Origin: Candidatus Iainarchaeum sp.
Lineage (GTDB): Archaea; Iainarchaeota; Iainarchaeia; Iainarchaeales; GCA-2688035
Direction: 5' to 3'
Length of the DNA: 24,049 nucleotides
NCBI GenBank assembly: GCA_017610205.1
Contig: JAFCCL010000013.1
Coordinates: 1 to 24,049, forward strand
Under the pieces are notes generated by a model. It was given only the letters and a program-made list of their open reading frames with translations. It made no database searches and was not told where the DNA came from. Of the stretch, positions 8,609 through 16,000 are shown one piece after another; within the stretch, counting starts at the first letter, position 1; the number at the start of each line of letters is the position of its first letter. The position numbers were made by a program, and so were the translations under genes.

Positions 8609-8831
8609 CGACAGCAGCCTCAGAAAGCTTGTTTTTTGCCTTTGCTCTCAGGGCCCTAAATTCTTCAACAGCCTTTTGCTTGTCCAGCTTCTTTAAAACA
8701 ATTGTTTTGTTATCAATGGGAAACACAGTAAAGATAGTATTCTCTTTGCTTTCGGTAAATTCCCTCGTTTGTTTTGGAATAATTACCTGCCCCCTGGTAG
8801 ACATTTTGGTTGTTTCAACATTTGGCTTCAT
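8583..8831 (-). CDS. AbrB/MazE/SpoVT-family antitoxin
   Basis: TKMSTRGQVIIPKQTRE swapped-hairpin motif; overlaps the PIN gene; AGGTGA RBS. Confidence 0.9.
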   Translation of the reverse strand: MKPNVETTKMSTRGQVIIPKQTREFTESKENTIFTVFPIDNKTIVLKKLDKQKAVEEFRALRAKAKNKLSEAAVDEIVHKTR

Positions 8832-8860
8832 TCAATCACCTATGCAAAATAACATGTAAA

Positions 8861-8883
8861 CTTATATATAAGATTTTCTTATA
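8861..8883 (-). promoter_or_regulatory. TATA box with overlapping inverted repeat (putative autoregulatory operator)
   Basis: cttatatataag at 8861-8872; tataaga-ttt-tcttata at 8867-8883. Confidence 0.45.
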
Positions 8884-8978
8884 AGTAAGATACCTGTTTG
8901 TTGCTTGTTTTTTGGTCCTGTAATTTTTTTATTGCTTTCTTATCAATATTTTTTTTGCATCTTTTTTAAACTTTGTTT

Positions 8979-8997
8979 CAATTTTCGGCAATTGCCT
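8979..8997. repeat. 19-bp exact direct repeat, copy 1 (contains GGCAATTGCC palindrome)
   Basis: caattttcggcaattgcct, identical at 9830-9848. Confidence 0.9.
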
Positions 8998-9096
8998 GCA
9001 TTTTGGCAAAAAAACCATTTCAGAAAATTCTTCGAAAACAAAGGCTTTTAACACCGTGCATAGTATATTATTAACATATTACTAAGGTGTTTTTTT

Positions 9097-9378
9097 GTGA
9101 AAATGTTGAGTGTTGAGGTTGGTGAAGATTATGCAAAGGCCATTGACAAGGCTATTGCTGCAAGCGGGCTTTACTCTTCCAGAAGCGAGTTTTTGAAGGA
9201 TTCTATTAGGAAAAACCTTGCTGATACCATTGAGCTTAGCTGGAGCCTGGAAAAGTTCAGGGAAGGGGCGAAAAAACTTGGTGCCAAAGCAAGGAAAAGA
9301 GGCTATGCTGGCGGCTTGCTTTCAAAGGAGGAAAAGGAAAAAATTGCTTTGGATTTTATAAAAAAGCACGGGCTTTAA
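9097..9378 (+). CDS. Ribbon-helix-helix (CopG/Arc/MetJ-like) protein, putative antitoxin
   Basis: MLSVEVGEDYAKAIDKAIAASGLYSSRSEFLKDSIR RHH pattern; start is GTG 9097 or ATG 9103. Confidence 0.85.
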   Translation: MKMLSVEVGEDYAKAIDKAIAASGLYSSRSEFLKDSIRKNLADTIELSWSLEKFREGAKKLGAKARKRGYAGGLLSKEEKEKIALDFIKKHGL

Positions 9379-9791
9379 TTGAAATCAGAGGGTTCAAACG
9401 ATTTTATTTCATTTTTGGCTTTTTCAAAGTCTTTAATGTTGAAGGTTACAATGCAATTGCATTTGAAGGCAATTGCTGTTGCCGCATGCAGTGCATCAGA
9501 ATAATGAATTCCTCTGGCAATAAACTTTTTCCAAGGCAAACCAGGCTTTATTCTTGCAGTTTCAAAATTGATATTCTGTTCTTTGAAATAAGCTGTGATT
9601 TCATCTTTGCTCAAATAGGTTTGTTTTTGAACCTCTTCAAAAAACAGGTCGGACAAAATAAGGAAATGTTTCTTTTGCTTTACTTGTTCAAAAAACCATT
9701 CTGCTTCAACAAACAATCCACACAGGTTTCTTCCAAGCTCTTTGCTAAACAAGGAAATAAAAACATTGGAATCCAGGTAAATTCTTTGCAT
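9375..9791 (-). CDS. vapC: PIN-domain (VapC-like) toxin
   Basis: IYLDSNVFI ... EE ... SDALHAATA ... IVTFNIKDF. Confidence 0.9.
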   Translation of the reverse strand: MQRIYLDSNVFISLFSKELGRNLCGLFVEAEWFFEQVKQKKHFLILSDLFFEEVQKQTYLSKDEITAYFKEQNINFETARIKPGLPWKKFIARGIHYSDALHAATAIAFKCNCIVTFNIKDFEKAKNEIKSFEPSDFN

Positions 9792-9829
9792 ATCAAATTC
9801 ATCAATTCTTCATTTAATAAACCATATTC

Positions 9830-9848
9830 CAATTTTCGGCAATTGCCT
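9830..9848. repeat. 19-bp exact direct repeat, copy 2
   Basis: caattttcggcaattgcct. Confidence 0.9.
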
Positions 9849-9869
9849 TTTTTTTGCAGGGTATGTAAG

Positions 9870-10502
9870 TCATTTCGAAATCTGATTTTTTGAGTTTTTC
9901 ACAATAGCCTTTTTAAGCGCTTTTCTTGCGCTGAATATTCTGCTTTGGGCAGTTCCGAGCGGAATTTTAAAATGCGCGGCTGTTTTGTTATAAGTTCTAG
10001 TCTTTCCGTTGTTAAGCCAGTATGAAAATATATCTTTTGTTTTTTGAGAAAGTTTTGTTTTATCCAAATACTGTTTTATTTTTTCCAATATTGCTTTTCT
10101 GTTTGTTTTTAAAATATTTTCTGCAGGGGTTAATTGTCTTCTGTCTCCGTATATTGATAAAAAATCTTCACAAACCTCCTCAAAGTGAAGGTTCTCCCTG
10201 TTTTTTTCAAACTTAAGGATGTCGCGCATATGCCTTTTTCCAATTTCAATGGCATAAAGTTTCTTTGATGCCATTCCAGGCTTCCACTTTTTGGAATTGG
10301 CGACAATTTTTATTACTGCTTGTTGAACCAGGTCTTCTTCAAGGGCTGGGTTTTTTGTTAGTGTTTTTGCCATCTTTTTTAAAATTTCAAGCGAAGGTTC
10401 TACAAATTCCCTGTATCGTTTTTCGGCAATTTTTTTTATTGGCCATCTTTCAACTACTTTTTTTTGCAACGGTCCCCGTGTTGATACTGTTCTTTTCAGC
10501 AT
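9870..10502 (-). CDS. ECF-type sigma70-like protein (regions 2 and 4) with basic N-terminal extension
   Basis: Region 2: LKKMAKTLTKNPALEEDLVQQAVIKIV...WKP..SKKLYAIEIGKRHMRDILK. Region 4 HTH: LSQKTKDIF...TYNKTAAHFKIPLGTAQSRIFSARKALKK. 210 aa, with no region 3. Confidence 0.85.
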   Translation of the reverse strand: MLKRTVSTRGPLQKKVVERWPIKKIAEKRYREFVEPSLEILKKMAKTLTKNPALEEDLVQQAVIKIVANSKKWKPGMASKKLYAIEIGKRHMRDILKFEKNRENLHFEEVCEDFLSIYGDRRQLTPAENILKTNRKAILEKIKQYLDKTKLSQKTKDIFSYWLNNGKTRTYNKTAAHFKIPLGTAQSRIFSARKALKKAIVKNSKNQISK

Positions 10503-10526
10503 AAAATAGTTTAATATTGTTTTTCC

Positions 10527-10541
10527 TTAATAAACTTTGCC
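10527..10541 (-). promoter_or_regulatory. Archaeal BRE/TATA promoter of the sigma-like gene
   Basis: Minus strand ggcaaag-TTTATTAA lies 25-32 bp upstream of the ATG, consistent with a leaderless transcript. Confidence 0.6.
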
Positions 10542-10632
10542 AAAGTTTTTCATTTTTTTTATTTCATTCTCTTTCCTTTTTTGTTATTCCATTTCCTTTA
10601 AATTCTTTTAGTTAACTAATTAATTGTAGGAA

Positions 10633-10980
10633 GTGGCAAATTTTGCTTTTTTTTTGCAGGAGTTTGCCTTTTTCCGGTGGTGGAAAATTTTGTCCTTGCC
10701 TTTTAGTGAAAAAAATGTTCTTTTGAACGAAGTAATTTTGGGAAAGCTGTCTCCTTTGCAGAAGAAAATTCTTATTGAATTGGGTACAGGCCCACAAACT
10801 CTTGATGTTTTAAGCAGCAAAACAGGCTCAAGTGTTTACACCATTGGAAAGCAGTTAAGCCTTTTGCAGATGAGGGCAAGTTACAATCCCCTGCATGGAA
10901 AGGGAATTTCAAAGCCTTTGGTAAAAAAGCAAAAGGGTGTTGGAATTAAGACAACCTACTTTCTTGCACAGGGCTTGTAG
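10633..10980 (+). CDS. Small winged-HTH DNA-binding protein (true start probably near TTG 10723)
   Basis: LSPLQKKILIELGTGPQTLDVLSSKTGSSVYTIGKQLSLL...LVKK...TTYFL. Confidence 0.7.
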   Translation: MANFAFFLQEFAFFRWWKILSLPFSEKNVLLNEVILGKLSPLQKKILIELGTGPQTLDVLSSKTGSSVYTIGKQLSLLQMRASYNPLHGKGISKPLVKKQKGVGIKTTYFLAQGL

Positions 10981-11006
10981 ATATTGCAATATCGGAATTA
11001 AAGATT

Positions 11007-11165
11007 TTAAACTGTAAAGATTTTTTTATTCCTTTGAATGATTTTAATAAATTCTTTGTCGGCATTCGTAAGTCTGGGATTTTTATCCTTAAATCGCATA
11101 GACTCTACAAAGCTTACGGCTTTTTCTCCTATTAATGCTGGTGTTGCCCTAATTGGTTTAGCCAT
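11007..11165 (-). CDS. 52-aa protein not in the ORF track; resembles small antitoxin-like partners of GNAT genes
   Basis: Hand translation MAKPIRATPALIGEKAVSFVESMRFKDKNPRLTNADKEFIKIIQRNKKIFTV*; GGAGTG RBS upstream. Confidence 0.7.
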   Translation of the reverse strand: MAKPIRATPALIGEKAVSFVESMRFKDKNPRLTNADKEFIKIIQRNKKIFTV

Positions 11166-11382
11166 CTTTTCCACACTCCAATTTACTAAATAAATTATCC
11201 TATCAACATTTTTTTAAATTGAAAGTTTATTCTCATATATACACCTTCCTTTATGTATAAGTTAAGTAGTTTTTGGCTTTATTTTATGTACAAAAACATG
11301 TGGTTTTAGGCAAATTGCCTGTTTGCTGTGCACTTATTTTTAACCAAAAGCCTAAAATATGAAAAGCATTCATAATTCTTTC

Positions 11383-12162
11383 ATGCCTCCAAAGAAACCA
11401 AGTAAACCAGTGGCAAAGGCAAGAAAGCCCAAGTTCAAAAGCAAAAGGACAAAGTGTGAAAAGCGAAAAATTGTTAGAAGACTTGCAAGGGAAGCAAAGC
11501 CTGGGAAAAAACCATTGGCTGAACCCTTAACCATTGCCCCTGCTGCTGAAAGGAATGCCGCTTTTAAGAAAGGCAAAATGGTTTTTTATGATGGCAGGAA
11601 AAAGCTTTCTATTCCGATTCACTCCTCTGCTAAATTTTTAGGTTGCGCTCACACTTTGCACCTAGCAGGTGTTTACAAGATAGCTGGTAATTCTGCAGGC
11701 AATAAGTACGTTGGATTGTTTTTCACTACTATTGCTTCTTATCAGCAAATTAATATTCATTTGCTTGTTGAAAAAAGCAATGGGGTTTTGGAGCCAGGAA
11801 AGTATTTGGGTTATGCTGCTGCTGAGCATGACCTTGGGCATATGGAAGTCCGTCAGGACTTTAAGCGTAGGGGTCTTGCTTTAAAGGCTGCTCTAAGGGG
11901 TGAAAGACATGTTAGGTCCACGAGAAAAGGAAAGCATTTGTTTAAACTTCGTGCAGTACACGCTGGCTTTGAAGAAATTATTAAAAAGCTAGACTATCGT
12001 GTGTTAGACCTGTATTCTAGTCCTTACAATGAAAGGGTTTTGATTATGCAAAAGAATGGCAAGCACCAGCCAAAAGACAATTTGAATGAATTTGTTCGAA
12101 TTGAGGCAATTGACCCAAAGACTGGAAAGGAAAGAATGTTTAGTTTTAAGATTGGGGGATGA
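11383..12162 (+). CDS. Highly basic hypothetical protein with K/P-rich N-terminal tail and GNAT-like motif A
   Basis: Start moved to ATG 11383 (MPPKKPSKP), which has caaaag-CCTAAAATA ~25-30 bp upstream. LGHMEVRQDFKRRGLALKA resembles the acetyl-CoA-binding motif. Confidence 0.7.
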   Translation: MPPKKPSKPVAKARKPKFKSKRTKCEKRKIVRRLAREAKPGKKPLAEPLTIAPAAERNAAFKKGKMVFYDGRKKLSIPIHSSAKFLGCAHTLHLAGVYKIAGNSAGNKYVGLFFTTIASYQQINIHLLVEKSNGVLEPGKYLGYAAAEHDLGHMEVRQDFKRRGLALKAALRGERHVRSTRKGKHLFKLRAVHAGFEEIIKKLDYRVLDLYSSPYNERVLIMQKNGKHQPKDNLNEFVRIEAIDPKTGKERMFSFKIGG

Positions 12163-12167
12163 ATGGA

Positions 12168-12430
12168 TTTTTTTGAGTTTCTTTTCCCAATTGAAAAATG
12201 AATGATTTGAATGGATTATTTTTTTTTACTTTTATTTTTTGAATTTTTTTTTGTTTTGATTTTTTGGGAATGATTGAATTTTTGTTTTTTTTATTTTTTT
12301 TTTTATTTTTTTTTTGAGTTTTTTTTTGAATTTTTTTTTATTTTTTTTGTTTTTTTTATTTTTTTTGGCGAGTTTAATTAATAGATATATAATTATTGAA
12401 TAATATATAATATTGAATAATATATAATAA
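12168..12430. other. Poly-T low-complexity tract followed by a 17-bp AT-rich tandem repeat
   Basis: 12215-12366 is dominated by T runs with almost no C; tattgaataatatataa occurs twice, at 12394-12427. Confidence 0.85.
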
Positions 12431-12478
12431 TGAAATGAAAAGAAGGTTTTTATACCAGTTTTGCTTTCTATATATATT

Positions 12479-13021
12479 ATGCCTTTGGAATTTATTACTG
12501 GAGTAGTCCTTGGTTTGATTGATTTAATCAGGATTTCAATTATTGTGGCAATTCCTGCTTTTTTTGTTGTTCTTGTGGCGCAAAAGCTTAATGAACGGAT
12601 TCAAAAGGCCTTTAAGCTAAGCTGGATTGTGTCAGCTTTTGCCACGAGTTTTATTGTTTTGCTTCCGATTGTTTTTTTGGCTTATTTGATTCCCTATGCT
12701 TTGGGTTATTTTGCAAGCCCTTTTCCAGGAATGACCTTTCCTGATTTTATGCAGCTTACTGTAATTGATTATGCAATGGCTGTAATTTTGACAATTATAA
12801 AAAATGTAATTACTGCGTTTATTTTTGCCGTGCTGTTAATGCCGTTGCTTTTCTTTGCCTCTTTTGTGCAAGAAAAATTTTTGGAAAAAACAAAGTTGCC
12901 GAAGTTTGCAAACTTGTTTGTTGCAACGTTCATTACTGCTTTTGCTGCCTGGATAATAATTCTTTTCATTTTTCCGTGGATTTATGCAGGAATTTTTGAA
13001 CTCTTATGGTGGGGTTTATGA
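12479..13021 (+). CDS. Multi-pass integral membrane protein, coupled to the giant surface protein
   Basis: About 4-5 hydrophobic helices; gaagg-TTTTTATA promoter ~27 bp upstream of ATG 12479; stop overlaps the next ATG (ATGA). Confidence 0.85.
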   Translation: MPLEFITGVVLGLIDLIRISIIVAIPAFFVVLVAQKLNERIQKAFKLSWIVSAFATSFIVLLPIVFLAYLIPYALGYFASPFPGMTFPDFMQLTVIDYAMAVILTIIKNVITAFIFAVLLMPLLFFASFVQEKFLEKTKLPKFANLFVATFITAFAAWIIILFIFPWIYAGIFELLWWGL

Positions 13022-16000
13022 AATCAGATTCACAAAAATTTTTGTGCCTTCTTTTGGTTGCGTTAATGATAAACCTTACAATAAGCCCTGCTTTTGGAGA
13101 AGAGCTTCCTGCAACAGTGCCATCTGCTGAAGACTCTGGAGCAGATTTTGCTCTCTCGGAAGTAATTGACAATCCTATAGAGGTTGAATTTGCCTGCTTT
13201 TCTCCTGAAAACGAAAGATATCCTGGAGAAAACACTTTGCTTCCAAACGAGATTGCAGCGCTTAAAAGAAAAACAGAGGCTGAAAATCCTGGTTTTAGTG
13301 TTGACAATGTAAACAGTGGCAGGGGCAGTAATGAGGACCGGGACCAGCTTAAAAATGATATAATTGTACAGGAATCAGAGGACGGTGTTGGCGTTGTAAA
13401 TGAGATTCCTTCCGGAAAAATTGATGTTGGTGAAATTTCGCCGCTGTTTAACAAATGGTTTTTGGGTCCTTTTTCTTTTGGAGTAAGCCTTGATGACACA
13501 ATAAGGCTTGGGCAATGCAGGGATTTGCCAAGGCTTGAGGCAGAGGAACGAGGCTGTCCTTTGACTGATGTCCAGCTTTCTTACAGAAACAGCGGTGACG
13601 GAATTGTTAATAATGTTAAAACAGTTTGGGATGATTTCAAGGACTGGGTAACTCCTGATGCAATTTTTGAGGGAAATACAGGCCAGTATACTGAAGAACA
13701 GCTTGAAAACATTCAGCTTAATATTTCTGCAACCACTGATTCTGAATTGCTTGAGGCAAAATATGTTCAAAAAGAAGTTAAGCAAATTCCAAACAGCGTG
13801 CTTACAGAAGAAGTTGGAGCAAGCATGAAGACTGCTGGTGATTCTTCTGAAAGCCTGATAAGCATTTACAGCATGTTTGACAAATACTACAACAGCTGGT
13901 TTTCAACCGAAATGGTTGTTTCAACCTTTGGCCCGACCCTTTTTGGAACTGCAAAAAAGTATGCCGGCTGGTTAAAGCGCAGGGGGCTTGCCTGGGACAC
14001 TACTGACAACAGGCTAATGCAATGGTTTAGAAGAACCTTTTATGACCCAGGCGGGCTTTTTGGAGAGGCAAGGCTTAAAAGAATGGTTACAAGAACGGAC
14101 AAATACGGTTTTGGAGATGCCTGGACAAAGGGAATTGAGGCAACAGGAGACTGGGATTCAGGTTATGCTTTTATGAAAGGCGGAAGCTTTAGGAAATCGA
14201 TAAACGACTGGTCAAAACCAGGCGGTTACCTTGACGAAATGACTGACCCTCTTCAAAGAGGCGAATTTTTTAAGCAAATAAGGGACTTAAGGGCTTATGC
14301 TCATACAAACAGGGCAATTTGGTCAGAGAAAAAAGGCATTTATGACGCTGCTGTAAAGGCTGCTGGTGAAGCAGGAGCAAACAGCCCGCAGGCAAAAGCT
14401 GCTCTTATGGATTGGGCGCAAACAAATGCAGACCTTATGCTAAAGGCAGACGGTACCTGGCTAAGGCTTGATGCAACAGAGCTTTGGATTAAGGAAGAAG
14501 TTACAGGTCTTTACAACAAGGGAATAAAATTAAAGGGAACTAACAACTTTCTTGCTCTTGCAGGAGACAGCAAGCCGCCTGCCAAAGTACAGCAGGGGTT
14601 TATTCAAACAGTTACCAACGGTTCTGGACCTTATGGCCCAAAATGGGGAGATGATGCATTTGAATTTACAACCAAAGACGGCATGCTTGAAATATTTAAA
14701 ATTGACAAAACCGGTGAATTGATTGACGAGGTTCCTGTAGAGGATTTGCGCAAGGGCTTTTCAAGATATGTTAAAAAGGCAGCAAAAACAGACAAAGGCG
14801 AGTATGTTGAAATTAGTGAGGCAACAATTCCCTATATTGCAAAAGAGTCTCCTACTGGCAAAGTAGGAATTTACACTTCAAACTGGAAGCTTGACCATCT
14901 TGAAACTCCTGAATTGTATGCAAAAAGGCTGACTGACTTAAGGTCTGACAGGGCTATGAATGTAATGTCAAAAAATATGGACAGGCTTTACAATACCCTT
15001 ATTGAAAAGAATTTTGCAGGGCAAAGCAGAAGATATTACAGCTGGCTTGACAAGGCATTTTCCCACGAGCAAGAATTGCTTAAAAGTTATTTGGGAAGCT
15101 TTAAGGGAGCAGCAGAGTGGACTGCAAAGCCATTCCTTTACTGGGGTGGCAAAAGGGCTTTTGGCTTTGAAGGAATGTCTGCATTTATGCTTCCTGACGA
15201 ATGGAAAGAAGTTGAGCTTTATACAGATGACGAAACAATTTTTGACGACGCATATATTGATGTGTTTGCACAGCATGGAAGCGACGAAGGCGAAATATTT
15301 GTACAGGTTTTGAATTATTTGCCGTGGAAAGCTGTGTTAAATTATGTAAGTGAAAAGTTTGCTCCAAACTCTGTTGACAAAGCATATGACGAGTGGACAA
15401 GTCCTTCTGGTGGATGGAGAAGGGGCGTTGAAAACATTGCATATTTTACTTCAACAAGGGATGATTGTGCAACATGCGAACTTACTCTTTCTCCAATAGT
15501 TCTTTCACAGGAAGAGATTTCTGATTTGGAAAACAAGGGAAGGGGAAGGGCAGTAATTGCCTTTAATGTAGAACAGGATATGAAATCATATTTTGTTGAA
15601 GACATTCTTGACAAGGATGTTGGAGAAGACGGAACAACACTTATTGCATTCGGGCACCATACAAACATAAGCGGAGAATCCATGCAAAGTGCAGGGCAGG
15701 ATGCAAGCGACATAGACCTTGTTCTGGCAAGAAAGGACAATGAAACCTGTTCAGATGCAGTAAAAGACCTTGGCCTTGGATTTTTGGGAGACGACCCTCA
15801 AAGAGTTGGGGCATTGCTTGCTGTCAGTGAAAGCGGCCTATATTTTGTTTTTACAGGAATTGGCCTTGTTGGTTCTGCTCTTCAGCAAACTCTTTTGGCT
15901 CCAAGGCTGCAGGATTGTGTTGACGACCTTGAAGGCTACTACCTTCACATGTATTCGCCGTATGATGAAGCAAAGGAAGGAACCTTGACCCCGAATGAAA

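Noticed and set aside
9870-10502. Bacterial contamination as the source of the sigma-like gene
   Set aside because: It has an archaeal-type promoter and archaeal-style neighbours with no evident compositional break. Not fully excluded without reads.
10980-10993. Perfect 14-bp palindrome gatattgcaatatc between convergent genes
   Set aside because: Single AT-rich occurrence; function cannot be supported from sequence alone.
11195-11236. 13-codon minus-strand ORF (MRINFQFKKMLIG) with a GGAAGGTG RBS
   Set aside because: Too short to support as a gene; may be chance or a remnant.
12168-12430. Replication origin call
   Set aside because: No ORB-like G-string repeats or cdc6/orc1 gene nearby; AT richness alone is insufficient.
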